Shown: one piece after another, positions 1 to 9,499 of the stretch
Position numbering within the stretch: position 1 is the stretch's first letter
Layout: every line of letters begins with the position of its first letter
DNA from: a bacterium
Lineage (GTDB): Bacteria > Hinthialibacterota > Hinthialibacteria > Hinthialibacterales > Hinthialibacteraceae
Direction: 5' to 3'
Assembly: GCA_016125385.1 (NCBI GenBank)
Contig: WGLV01000049.1
Span: 1-59,151 of the forward strand
Length of the DNA stretch: 59,151 bases
Made by a program: the position numbers and the translations under genes
Notes under the pieces: model-generated
The model's database searches: none
What the model saw: only the letters and a program-made list of their open reading frames with translations
Told to the model about the DNA's origin: nothing

Positions 1-143
1 GAATGAACAATAAGGCCAAAGTCATCAGTCATCGTTGCTATGGATTCAGGACGGCGAAAACTTACATCCTGGCTCTATACCATGGACTCGGAAACCTTCC
101 CGAACCAAAACTCGTGCACAAATTCTTGTGAGGAGCCACAAAG

Positions 144-710
144 ATGGATCGCGAGATGTTAGTGAACATAGGATTTCGGCATTTGGACATATTTTGGATT
201 ATCCAGGAATTAGATGAGTTAATTCGAAATAAGGATCCTGAAGCAATAGGCCTATTGGATAATATATTCAAGGGTAAAAAATTGACTTGGCGCGAAATGA
301 TGCCATTTATGAGAGCAGAAACATTTGTGGTACAATTATACTTTCCTGTCAGCGTTATCCCAAACCTTCCGGAAGAAGATATCAACAAATTTGAAATAAA
401 ACCCGAGTACGAAATGGAATTCTATGAAAACAAAATATTAATCGAAAAGCCATCTCCCAAAGACGTTTTCCGTGTTTTAAGAAATGCACTCGGACACCTC
501 GCGGACGTTGCGTCAGCAAACACCCTTCCTAATATTGAATTTGAACCCTGCATCACTTTTAGATCATATCCACCAAACAACTCAAAAAAAGAAGAGGTAA
601 AAATGATTAAATTCGCAACTCAGGAGGGCTTTCACAAATTCATTAACGACTTCTTCTCTTTCTTTCGCATGAATTTGTTTGGTCTTTATAACCGAGAAGC
701 ACAGAAATAA
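144..710 (+). CDS. Hypothetical protein encoded in an AT-rich island; possible HEPN-fold (Rx4H) protein
   Basis: 188-aa ORF in markedly AT-rich DNA compared with the GC-rich remainder of the window. Contains 'FRVLRNALGHLAD', which fits the R-x4-H HEPN catalytic motif (RNxxxH). No other recognisable domain. Confidence 0.4.
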   Translation: MDREMLVNIGFRHLDIFWIIQELDELIRNKDPEAIGLLDNIFKGKKLTWREMMPFMRAETFVVQLYFPVSVIPNLPEEDINKFEIKPEYEMEFYENKILIEKPSPKDVFRVLRNALGHLADVASANTLPNIEFEPCITFRSYPPNNSKKEEVKMIKFATQEGFHKFINDFFSFFRMNLFGLYNREAQK

Positions 711-981
711 TTGACAACCTTATTTCCAGATAAACACAAAACTTCTACTAGCGAATGCGGCCATGGGCGGAGCGCCGCCTGAGCGGAAAAAGTTTTACCC
801 AAGGGCGCTGATTAGCGATCTCATTTCCCCCAAAACTTACATATCCATCTTCCGGCCGGATGCAATAAAAACCAGTCCAGTCAAAACAGGAACCACGATA
901 AGGCAAGCATGATAAAAAGTGGGCGCGATCAAGCCGCCGCCACGTAAAGCGACGCTCCGTTCCGCGTGCGCCAGTCGCCGC

Positions 982-2115
982 TCAGCCGTGACGCAGCGTC
1001 TGTTTCAGTTCGCGCCAGGCGTTCTTCAAAATCTGCTTGCGGCTGTAGGGAACCATCTGCGGGCAGGTCTGACAGGGGGGCGGCGGATCGCCTTCAAAAA
1101 TGCTTCGCCGCATATTGGAGAGCACGGGATGGTTACGCAAATCGCGCAGGTTGCCATTTTCAACCACCCCGACCTTGAGATTGCTGAGATAACAGCAGGG
1201 GAAAAGCTCGCCCTTGCCCTGTATCATGGCGTTGCGCCAGAGAAAATGACAATACGCTTTCGGCTTGCCCCCATTCGCACGCGTTTCGCGCGGGTTCAAC
1301 TCTTCCTGGTGCGCGTTGTAATGGTCGAGCGACTTGAGAAACGTGCCTGAATCGAGATCCCAGTAGACGAAGCGCAGGCCGAGTTCTTCGGCGCGTTTTT
1401 GCGCGCGTCCGGCCGCTTCGGCGATGACCTCGCGGTCGAGCCCCAGCGTGCGTTCGGCGTAGCGTGACTGATAGATGATGGGATGCACCACCAGAATATC
1501 GGCGCCGATCTCGCGCCCCAGGTCGGGAAACTTCTCGACGTCCTGAATGTTCTGCTTCATCACGCCGAACGAGATGTGCAGTTCGGGAGTCGGCGAGCCA
1601 AGTTCTTTTTTAATGCGCGCGAGGCGCTTGACGTTCTCCAAAATCTCATCAAACCCGCCGGGCGGCCTTACCTGCTTGAAAGTGTCTTCACAAACCGCGT
1701 CGAGCGAGATGCCGATCGCTTTGATGCCGGAAGCGATGACCTCGCGGCAGCGTTTTTCATCGAGCAGGGTCCCGTTCGACGAGAGGCTCACGTCCGCGCC
1801 GTGCGACGTGACGAAGCGCACTTTTTCAAAATAACCGCGGTCGATCATGGGCTCGCCCAGCCCGTAGAGACTGATCTCCCGGGCGCGCTCCAGGTAGGGC
1901 TTCATCTGGATGAAGTATTCCATGCCGAGATGATCGTCAAAGGGCGTCAGGTTGCCGTCACTGCCTTCGCGCGGACACATCACGCACTTCAGGTTGCAGA
2001 ACGACGTCGTCCCCAGCGACAACTCGACCGGCAGGGCGTGTTGTTCGGTCCGCGCCATCAGTAAATCCCAGTATGAATGAAGCAGATTGAGCGCTTTTTT
2101 CAGACGGTTCGGCAT
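982..2115 (-). CDS. Radical SAM / SPASM-domain enzyme (anSME-like or peptide-modifying maturase)
   Basis: N-terminal CxxxCxxC ('CNLKCVMC') radical-SAM cluster motif. C-terminal Cys-rich SPASM-like region ('PCCYLSN...CQTCPQ'). 377 aa. Confidence 0.75.
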   Translation of the reverse strand: MPNRLKKALNLLHSYWDLLMARTEQHALPVELSLGTTSFCNLKCVMCPREGSDGNLTPFDDHLGMEYFIQMKPYLERAREISLYGLGEPMIDRGYFEKVRFVTSHGADVSLSSNGTLLDEKRCREVIASGIKAIGISLDAVCEDTFKQVRPPGGFDEILENVKRLARIKKELGSPTPELHISFGVMKQNIQDVEKFPDLGREIGADILVVHPIIYQSRYAERTLGLDREVIAEAAGRAQKRAEELGLRFVYWDLDSGTFLKSLDHYNAHQEELNPRETRANGGKPKAYCHFLWRNAMIQGKGELFPCCYLSNLKVGVVENGNLRDLRNHPVLSNMRRSIFEGDPPPPCQTCPQMVPYSRKQILKNAWRELKQTLRHG

Positions 2116-2326
2116 GTCGGTTTCCTCGGATTTGCATTGTAATCAGTTTCCCGGCGTCGGTGTAGTGAGCGCCGGGTGAAAACCACGTGAAAACCACGCG
2201 AAAACCGCAAAGATCGCCCCCGCCCGCGTTCTCTCCATACGCGCAAAACCGTTATCCATGATAGAATGGTCGGATCAGAACAACAGGCTGAGCAACGTCA
2301 GCCCACGGCGGGAGAACGCGCGAAAC

Positions 2327-3001
2327 ATGAACTGCAAAATCAAAATCTGTGGACTCACCAATCGGGATGATATGGAGCTGGTCGCGGCGGAGGGCGCCGA
2401 CTACGGCGGAATTCTGATCGATATCGATTCGCCGCGCGGCGTCCGTTTCGTCGACGCGATGGGTCTGTGCGAAGGCGCTCCCCTGCCCGTCGCGGCGGTG
2501 ACGCTCAACAAATCGGCTGAAGATAACCTGCGGGTTGGCGAAACGCTTCAACCCGCCGCGTTGCAGTTGCACGGCGACGAGTCCGCCGAAACCACCGCGT
2601 TTCTGAAAGAACGCCTGTCCTGCGAAATTTGGAAAGTCATCCACCTTCCCGCGCATGACAGCGGCGAAACCAGCAATATCGAATTGACTCGCATGGAAAT
2701 CGAACAGTTCGCCGGCGCGGGCGTCGATCGCATCGTTCTCGACGCGGCGGTAATTCAAAACGGGGCGGTGAAACTGGGCGGGACGGGCAAAACCATTGAC
2801 TGGTGGGCGGCGCGCGTGCTGCGCGAGGCGACGCGTCTGCCGCTGATTCTCGCCGGCGGGTTAAACGAACGCAACGCCGCCGACGCGGTCATCGCGGTCG
2901 AGCCTTATGGCATCGACCTCTCCTCCGGTGTGGAACGGGAAAAAGGGAAAAAAGACCCCGAGAAGGTCAAAGCGCTGATCGCGCGAGTGCGGGAGTTATA
3001 G
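2327..3001 (+). CDS. trpF: N-(5'-phosphoribosyl)anthranilate isomerase
   Basis: 'KICGLT', 'LQLHGDE', 'GGTGK' and 'ILAGGL' motifs typical of TrpF. ATG at 2327 is preceded by GGAGA at 2311-2315. The longer ORF beginning at 2258 is probably a 5' over-extension. Confidence 0.8.
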   Translation: MNCKIKICGLTNRDDMELVAAEGADYGGILIDIDSPRGVRFVDAMGLCEGAPLPVAAVTLNKSAEDNLRVGETLQPAALQLHGDESAETTAFLKERLSCEIWKVIHLPAHDSGETSNIELTRMEIEQFAGAGVDRIVLDAAVIQNGAVKLGGTGKTIDWWAARVLREATRLPLILAGGLNERNAADAVIAVEPYGIDLSSGVEREKGKKDPEKVKALIARVREL

Positions 3002-3050
3002 CATTCGCCGAATCTGCCTCGGAACGTCTCGCGATGGGAGAAAACCGCCG

Positions 3051-3548
3051 TCAGGAATAATCGCGCTTGCTGTGCCGCATCACGTTGTATTGCGCGCTGA
3101 GGTCTTCGTTCCACCACAGGCGCCCCGCCAGAATGACGATTGACACGCCCGCCAGAAAACCGCCCGGCGAAAACATGGGCGGAAAATAAAAAAAGCCCGT
3201 GCTGAGCAACGCGACGAACAAGCCGGCGAACATGGTGGTTCGGATCACCTTGTGCTCGACCGGCGCGAACAGTTTGCGCATGATGCGCAGATTAAACCAT
3301 TCCACCGAACCGAGCAGAACGATCCACCCGCCCGCGACGCCGATCAGACCGTGCCACGCGCCAATCACCCAGGCCGCGCCGAAGCCCGCCAGAATAATGA
3401 TGATCCCCAGCAAAAAGACGACTTTGCGCTCGCCCAGCGGGCCGGGCAATACGTCCAGAATGTTAAAACGGAATCGTTCGGAATTGAGAGCGTAGACGAC
3501 GCCCGCAAGCCCGATCACGATGGATAACGCGGTCGCGATCATGTGCAT
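3051..3548 (-). CDS. Small polytopic membrane protein, hypothetical
   Basis: 165 aa with about 4 predicted hydrophobic helices. No recognisable motif. Confidence 0.45.
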   Translation of the reverse strand: MHMIATALSIVIGLAGVVYALNSERFRFNILDVLPGPLGERKVVFLLGIIIILAGFGAAWVIGAWHGLIGVAGGWIVLLGSVEWFNLRIMRKLFAPVEHKVIRTTMFAGLFVALLSTGFFYFPPMFSPGGFLAGVSIVILAGRLWWNEDLSAQYNVMRHSKRDYS

Positions 3549-3617
3549 TACGCGGATTGTCCTTCTCTATGGTTCTTGGATGACGAAACGCCACGAATGA
3601 CCGCCGCAGCGCACCGG

Positions 3618-3818
3618 TCAGGAATTTTCGTCCAAACCACTATTGTGATGGTCTTTGCGTGGATCGGCAAGGCTTGAGGCCGATTCCGCCTCGCCGGAGC
3701 GGTTGATGCGGTCGATCACGTCCTCGGGACGGGCGACGCCCCAGTCGAGCAGACCCAGCGATTTGCGCCGGTCCATAATCGTTTGAATCATTTTTTTAAT
3801 CGCTTCGTCGCTGGCCAT
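3618..3818 (-). CDS. Small hypothetical protein
   Basis: Short ORF. An internal Met (MASDEAIKK) is taken as the start. Weak support. Confidence 0.25.
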   Translation of the reverse strand: MASDEAIKKMIQTIMDRRKSLGLLDWGVARPEDVIDRINRSGEAESASSLADPRKDHHNSGLDENS

Positions 3819-3955
3819 TCCGGCTCTCCATTTCGCGGCGGACGCCCGTTTCACGCCCTGTCCGCGTTGCACGAATAAAAGGTACGCCGCAGGGCTTGGC
3901 GAACGGCGTAACCCTGCTATTTTATTCTACCAGTGAACCCGACAGTCCGATCCGT

Positions 3956-4028
<73 letters not shown>

Positions 4029-4132
4029 CTTGAATCTCCAATCCGGCCCCTTCCCTATTCTCGCCTGAAATCAAGCGTTCTTTAAACCGGCTTTCATTTC
4101 ACCGGCGTCGATAAATCCCGATTGATTTCCTC

Positions 4133-5017
4133 CTACGCGAACATCTCCCGCAGCGCGGCTTCAATCGAGGTCTGTTCATGTTGAAACGTATTCACCAGCC
4201 GCGATGAATCCAGCGACACGTCGCGCGCCCGGGGATACCCCGTATCGAGGTCCGCGAGGCGGGCTCGCGTGATACGCGACGGATCGTACCCCCGCACCCG
4301 GCACAGCGTCTCGGCGAACTCGACCCGCGTGACGCGCTCGGGCCCGCCCGCGTGATAGACGCGATGCGGCCCCCGATCGTCCAGCATCCGTTCGATGGCG
4401 CGCGCGACGTCGAGCGCGTAAACCGGCGTGCGGTACTCGTCTTCAAACAGTTTGACCGGCTCGTTATCCCGCAGCGCGTTATCCATCCAGTGCGCGAAGG
4501 ATCCTTTCTCCGACTCCGCCATCGGACCAAAGATCAGCGCGGGGCGAATGACCACGGCGTGCTTCCATTCCAGCGCGACGCGCTCAGCCGCGAGCTTGCT
4601 CTGGCCGTACACGCTGAGCGGTTCGGCGGCGGCTGTTTCGTCATAGGGCGCGCGCTCGCCGTCGAACACCAGATCGGTCGAAATATAAAACAGCCTCACC
4701 GATGGATTCGGCATGTGATCGATCAGCAGCCCTGTCCCCTTTTCGTTCACCTCGAACGCCAGGTCGGGATCTTTTTGGCAGATCGCCGGGTTGGCGATGG
4801 CGGCGCAGTGAATGATGACGTCGGGTTCAAAGAGATCGAGACAGGCCTCCACCGACGCGGGCCGGGTGAAGTTCATGTGCAGCATCTTCACGCCGTACAG
4901 CGCGATTTTCCGGTTGGAAAACGTCGCGGCGACGGCGTGTTCCTCCCGGAAATACTCCGCCAGAATCGACCCCAGAAATCCGCTCCCCCCTGTAATCAGG
5001 ATGCGTTTGCGTTCCAT
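4133..5017 (-). CDS. dTDP-4-dehydrorhamnose reductase family (RmlD-like NAD(P)-dependent SDR)
   Basis: N-terminal 'ITGGSGFLGS' Rossmann motif, 'ISTDLVFDG' and 'YGQSKLAAE' (YxxxK) signature of the RmlD substrate-binding family. Confidence 0.7.
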   Translation of the reverse strand: MERKRILITGGSGFLGSILAEYFREEHAVAATFSNRKIALYGVKMLHMNFTRPASVEACLDLFEPDVIIHCAAIANPAICQKDPDLAFEVNEKGTGLLIDHMPNPSVRLFYISTDLVFDGERAPYDETAAAEPLSVYGQSKLAAERVALEWKHAVVIRPALIFGPMAESEKGSFAHWMDNALRDNEPVKLFEDEYRTPVYALDVARAIERMLDDRGPHRVYHAGGPERVTRVEFAETLCRVRGYDPSRITRARLADLDTGYPRARDVSLDSSRLVNTFQHEQTSIEAALREMFA

Positions 5018-5054
5018 CTCTCTTTTCCCCCTCGTACAGAACCGCCGCCGGCCA

Positions 5055-5867
5055 CTACCCTTCCATCACGTCGGCCTCGCGTTCAAGGCGCTTCGCTTCC
5101 TCCCAGAGTTCGTCCATCTCGAACAAGGTCATCTGTTCGAGCTTTTTCTCCTGGCGGGCCGCGTGACGCTCGATGTGTTGAAAGCGTCGGATGAATTTCT
5201 TATTCGTTTTCGCCAGCGCTTCCTCCGCGTTCACCTCAACGTAGCGCGCCACGTTCACCATCGCGAAAAGAAGGTCGCCCAGTTCCTCCGCGATCTTTTC
5301 CGGCGCCATGCTCTCCCGCGCCTCGCGGAACTCGCGCCATTCCTCCTCGACCTTGTCGAACACTTCGTCGATTCGCTCCCAGTCGAATCCGACTCGCGCG
5401 GCCTTTTTTTGAATCTCGTGCGCCTGCATCAGCGCGGGCAGCCCGCGTGGAACGCCCGCGAGAATCGAAGTGCGTTCCGGCTTCTCCTTGCGCTTGTCCG
5501 CTTCCCAGTTGCGCAGCACCTCGCTTGAATCGCGCGCGTCGCGGTCGCCGAAAACGTGGGGATGCCGCCGGATCAGTTTGTCGCAGATCGAGGCGGTGAC
5601 ATCGTGGATATCGAAGCGCCCTTCCTCCGCCGCCAGCTGCGCGTGAAACACCACTTGCAGCAACACGTCGCCGCATTCCTCCGTCATGGCGGCGTCGTCG
5701 CCGTCGTCGATGCTTTCGAGCAGTTCATAGGCTTCTTCGATGAGGTATTTTTTCAGCGTAAGGTGGGTCTGTTCGCGATCCCAGGGGCAGCCCCCTTCGC
5801 CGCGCAGCCGCGCCATGATGTCGACCAGTTCAAGAAACCTGCCTGCGATTTCATCTCGTGAGGCCAT
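5055..5867 (-). CDS. mazG: Nucleoside triphosphate pyrophosphohydrolase MazG
   Basis: Tandem MazG EExxE-type motifs ('EEAYELLE', 'EELGDLLF') and 'RRHPHVFG'. Confidence 0.85.
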   Translation of the reverse strand: MASRDEIAGRFLELVDIMARLRGEGGCPWDREQTHLTLKKYLIEEAYELLESIDDGDDAAMTEECGDVLLQVVFHAQLAAEEGRFDIHDVTASICDKLIRRHPHVFGDRDARDSSEVLRNWEADKRKEKPERTSILAGVPRGLPALMQAHEIQKKAARVGFDWERIDEVFDKVEEEWREFREARESMAPEKIAEELGDLLFAMVNVARYVEVNAEEALAKTNKKFIRRFQHIERHAARQEKKLEQMTLFEMDELWEEAKRLEREADVMEG

Positions 5868-6021
5868 CGTTCACCTGATTTCGTTATGGATTTCCATCGG
5901 CTGATTGTACATGAAAACCGCTCCCGAGACATCGAGAACAGCCGCGCGAATCACCGTGTTTTGCGCGGCATGGATTTTGCGTTTACAATAAGTGGAAAAC
6001 CAGTATTCAGGATGGAGGATC

Positions 6022-6702
6022 ATGACGGTTTGTAAAACGGCGTCGTTATTGATCGTGCTGGCGATTGAAGCCTTCGCCGCGACGCCGCGCGCGTCGGCGG
6101 ATATGATTATCTTCCACAACGGCGAGCGCCGCTACGGCACGGCGAACTACATCCCATCCAGCAGCGACGTGGTTCTCACCACCAAAGACTACTCTAAACG
6201 CTTCAGTTTCACCCAGATTCGTGAAGTCGTCTTCGGCGTCGACAAGCCCGAAGACCAGGCCGCCAAGGCCGTCGCTTCCGCCACCAACCAGAACGCCACG
6301 GAAGAATTCATCCCCTTTACCGGTGGAGACAGCATCTACGACGTCACGGGCGGAGACGTCTACCGGAAAAAAATGTCCAGTCCGGACGGCAAAGAATTCA
6401 TCCTCGACGTCGAAGACAAATTCGACGTACCCACCATGAAGATTTACCCCACCACCTACTCGTTTTATAACCGGCAGGGGGTTTACCTGATTCTGCTGCT
6501 CACCAATCGGGAAGACCTCTCGTGGCGCCCACTGGAAATGCGCGTCAAACTGTATGACGAAGACGACAATCTGATCGCCTCCAAAGACGCCTACGTATTC
6601 CGTCTTCCGGGAGCCGGTCAGGGAAGCCGCGTGATAGAAATGCAGTTCCCCGATGTGATCTACGACCGCGTCAAACGCATCCGCGTCATGCGGAAATATT
6701 AG
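6022..6702 (+). CDS. Secreted hypothetical protein
   Basis: ATG at 6022 with GGAGG at 6014-6018. N-terminal signal peptide ('LAIEAFAATPRASA'). No known domain. Confidence 0.5.
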   Translation: MTVCKTASLLIVLAIEAFAATPRASADMIIFHNGERRYGTANYIPSSSDVVLTTKDYSKRFSFTQIREVVFGVDKPEDQAAKAVASATNQNATEEFIPFTGGDSIYDVTGGDVYRKKMSSPDGKEFILDVEDKFDVPTMKIYPTTYSFYNRQGVYLILLLTNREDLSWRPLEMRVKLYDEDDNLIASKDAYVFRLPGAGQGSRVIEMQFPDVIYDRVKRIRVMRKY

Positions 6703-6745
6703 GTCACGTTCCAAAAGGTCCTTTCCAACGACCATTCGGAACCAG

Positions 6746-6774
6746 AAAAAAAGGCCCCTCGCGGGGCCTTTTCC
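6746..6774. terminator. Bidirectional rho-independent terminator between convergent genes
   Basis: A-run, then GGCCCCTCGCGGGGCC hairpin, then T-run. Confidence 0.6.
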
Positions 6775-6796
6775 GTCCTGTATCGATCTCGTTCGA

Positions 6797-7384
6797 TTAC
6801 GATTTCAACGCCTCTTCAACCGCCTTGACGACGGCTTCGTCCATCGGCGCCGACTTGCTGCGGAAGCGATGCAGCAGTTCACCGTCTTTACCGATCAGAA
6901 ACTTCTCGAAGTTCCATTTGATCTCGCCGGTAAAATCGGGGTTCTCATCCTTGGTCAGATACGCGAACAGCGAGTCGATGTCGTCGCCCTTCACCGAAAC
7001 CTTTGAAAACATGGGGAAACTCACGTCGAAGGTGCTGGTGCAGAATTCGAGAATTTCCGCATTGGTTCCCGGTTCCTGCCCGCCGAAGTTGTTGGCGGGA
7101 AAGCCCATCACGACCAGCCCTTTGTCTTTGTACTTTTCATACAGGGCTTCGAGGTCTTTGTACTGGGGCGTGAATCCGCACTTGGAAGCCACGTTGACGA
7201 TAAGCAGCACTTTGCCTTTGTATTTCTCCAGTTTGACGGGTTTGCCTTTGATATCGTCTTTGGTGAATTCATAAATGGATTTCACTTCTTTGTCTCCCTG
7301 GTCCGCCGCGGCGGCGCTCAGAGTCCATGCGCATACACAGGCGGCTGCGACTATACAGGCTACGATGGAAATACGAGTTTTCAT
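6797..7384 (-). CDS. Glutathione peroxidase family (thioredoxin-dependent, Cys-type), exported
   Basis: 'NVASKCGFT' peroxidatic Cys motif, 'FPANNF', resolving Cys in 'LEFCTSTF'. N-terminal signal peptide. Confidence 0.85.
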   Translation of the reverse strand: MKTRISIVACIVAAACVCAWTLSAAAADQGDKEVKSIYEFTKDDIKGKPVKLEKYKGKVLLIVNVASKCGFTPQYKDLEALYEKYKDKGLVVMGFPANNFGGQEPGTNAEILEFCTSTFDVSFPMFSKVSVKGDDIDSLFAYLTKDENPDFTGEIKWNFEKFLIGKDGELLHRFRSKSAPMDEAVVKAVEEALKS

Positions 7385-7560
7385 GACCGGCTCCTTGAAT
7401 CGGTTATTAGGATTGAGTGAGTTTCGATCCGGGATGGGGAAATTACGTCACGGAAGCGGGAACGAAGTCCGGATTTGGCGTAATCATTATACACATAGTC
7501 GCCCGTCGACGACAAATCGTTCCACTGATTTTTTATCAAGCGCACGATCTCACATGGAAT

Positions 7561-7594
7561 CCAACGAAAAACGGGGCGCGTGACCGCGCCCCGT
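7561..7594 (-). terminator. Rho-independent terminator after the pilus-ATPase operon
   Basis: ACGGGGCGCG-tgac-CGCGCCCCGT hairpin followed on the minus strand by a T-run. Confidence 0.5.
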
Positions 7595-7622
7595 GGATAA
7601 ATCGATCCGTTTTGACAAACGA

Positions 7623-9464
7623 TCAGTGAACGGTGTGGGCGAGAACCTCTTCAATCGTGGTCATGCCCTGCAATACTTTTTCCCAACCGTCTTCACGCAG
7701 GGTGCGAAGCCCGTCCTTGCGCGCCTGCTGGAAAATCGACGCGCTGGAGGCGTGCGACAACACCAGTTCTTTCACCGCTTCAGACAGAATCAGCATCTCA
7801 AAGATGCCGATTCGGCCCTTATAACCGGTGTAGTTGCACTCCGAGCATCCCTTCCCATGGAAGAAAGTGATGTTTTCCACTTCCTTGGGATCAAAGCCCA
7901 TTTCGCGAACGATGGCTTCGTCGGGATGATAGGGTTCTTTGCACTCGGAGCAGATGGTACGCACCAGACGCTGAGCGATGACGCCCGCCACCGCCGAAGT
8001 GATCAGGAAGGGTTCGACGTCCATATCGATCAGACGGGTCAGCGTACCGGTCGAGTCGTTGGTGTGCATGGTGGAGAGAACAAGGTGACCGGTAAGCGCC
8101 GATTCAATCGCCATTGACGCGGTTTCGAGGTCGCGGATTTCACCCACCATGATGATGTCGGGGTCCTGACGAAGAATGGCGCGCAGACAGCGGGCGAAGG
8201 TCAACCCCACTGACTGGTTGATGTTAACCTGAACCACGCCGTCCATCTGGTATTCGACGGGGTTCTCGGTGGTAATCATCTTCAGCATGGGGCTGAACAC
8301 GCGCCGCAACGAGGCGTACAGCGTGGTCGTTTTTCCCGAACCGGTCGGCCCGGTGACCAGCACGATGCCGTTGGGGCGCTTGATCTGTTTGTCGTAGCTC
8401 TCCAGCGTATCGGGCAGCATACCGAGGTTCTCGACGCCGAGATCGAGCACCTGGCTGTCGAGAATACGCATAACGATGCTCTCTCCGTTCACGGTGGGCA
8501 ACGAACTGACGCGCAACTCGACGTTGCGGTCGGCCATCGCCAGTTTAACGCGGCCGTCTTGCGGCAGGCGGCGTTCGGCGATGTTCAGGCCGGCCATAAC
8601 CTTGAAACGCGAGATGATCGCGGTGGAGAGATGCGTGGGCGGCGGCACGGTTTCGTGCAGAATGCCGTCGACGCGGTACCGGATGCGAAGCGTGCTTTCA
8701 AACGGTTCGACGTGCAAGTCGGAAGCCCGCTCTTTGATCGCCTGTAAGAGAATCAGGTTGACCAGTTTGACGATCGGCGCTTCATTGACGATCTTTTCTA
8801 GATCGCCGAAGTTCTCGTCGACCAGGTCGATCTGCAAGGTTTCCTCGTTCAGCTCGCTCAAGACGTCGTCCACCGACTGAGAACCCGTGCCGTAAAATTC
8901 GTCGATGGCTGACTCGATGTCGTCTTCCGAAGCGATCACGCCGCGGATATCGCGGTTGAGCCACATCCGCAGGTCGTCGACGGTGCGGACGTTGAGCGGG
9001 TCGGAGATCGCGATAACCAGCTGATTGCTGTCTTCATCGACTTCGACGGGAAACACCTTGTATTGCCGGGCCAGATCGGGCGGAACTTCACGAATCAGCT
9101 CGTCGCTGATCTGATAGTCGTTGATCTTGACCAGGTCCATGCCGACCTGCTGAGCCAATACGGCAAGCAGGTCTTCTTCAGAGGCGTACCGGGTCTCGCG
9201 GCGCGAAACCTCGGTGACCTCCTCCAGCATGGCGTCGCGAACCGCCTGCCCGGCTTCCTCGCCGGCCAGCGAATCGCGGCGATTGGCGTCGCCCACCGCC
9301 GCCGCGCCCTCCGACTCCATCAACTGGTCGACGGCGCCCGAACTTTCGTTCGCGGCGCCCGAGACGGAGGTCGAAGGTTGTTGCTCTTCGGCGTCGAGCG
9401 GTTGTTTCTGTTCTTCCGATTCAGGCGGCGGCGCCGTCTGCTTTTTTCGGCCCAATCCAAGCAT
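7623..9464 (-). CDS. Type II secretion / type IV pilus assembly ATPase (GspE/PilB family)
   Basis: T2SE N-terminal domain, Walker A 'GPTGSGKTTT', tetracysteine 'CSEC...CSEC'. ATG is preceded by an AAAGGA Shine-Dalgarno. Confidence 0.85.
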   Translation of the reverse strand: MLGLGRKKQTAPPPESEEQKQPLDAEEQQPSTSVSGAANESSGAVDQLMESEGAAAVGDANRRDSLAGEEAGQAVRDAMLEEVTEVSRRETRYASEEDLLAVLAQQVGMDLVKINDYQISDELIREVPPDLARQYKVFPVEVDEDSNQLVIAISDPLNVRTVDDLRMWLNRDIRGVIASEDDIESAIDEFYGTGSQSVDDVLSELNEETLQIDLVDENFGDLEKIVNEAPIVKLVNLILLQAIKERASDLHVEPFESTLRIRYRVDGILHETVPPPTHLSTAIISRFKVMAGLNIAERRLPQDGRVKLAMADRNVELRVSSLPTVNGESIVMRILDSQVLDLGVENLGMLPDTLESYDKQIKRPNGIVLVTGPTGSGKTTTLYASLRRVFSPMLKMITTENPVEYQMDGVVQVNINQSVGLTFARCLRAILRQDPDIIMVGEIRDLETASMAIESALTGHLVLSTMHTNDSTGTLTRLIDMDVEPFLITSAVAGVIAQRLVRTICSECKEPYHPDEAIVREMGFDPKEVENITFFHGKGCSECNYTGYKGRIGIFEMLILSEAVKELVLSHASSASIFQQARKDGLRTLREDGWEKVLQGMTTIEEVLAHTVH

Positions 9465-9499
9465 GGTACTATCCTTTATCTCCCGGCCGGCATACCCGG

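Noticed and set aside
711-981. Search for a RiPP precursor peptide downstream of the radical-SAM/SPASM gene
   Set aside because: Manual translation of the minus strand found only ORFs of 10 codons or fewer (for example MLALSWFLF). Nothing resembles a leader/core peptide.
919-1350. Plus-strand ORF overlapping the C-terminus of the radical-SAM gene
   Set aside because: It lies entirely antisense to the radical-SAM coding region, has an Arg/Ala-rich composition, and lacks a start context.
1483-2064. Antisense ORFs of 190-400 aa inside established genes (for example 1483-2064, 11649-12776, 21920-23134, 30540-31805, 34646-35866, 50242-51162, 53768-54586, 57343-58392)
   Set aside because: They are typical open frames on the opposite strand of GC-rich coding DNA. 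They have low-complexity Arg/Ala/Gly-rich translations, no motifs and no ribosome-binding sites. The sense-strand genes have clear family signatures.
6797-7384. Possible selenocysteine glutathione peroxidase
   Set aside because: The peroxidatic residue in 'VASKCG' is encoded by a Cys codon, not an in-frame TGA. No SECIS-like element is needed.
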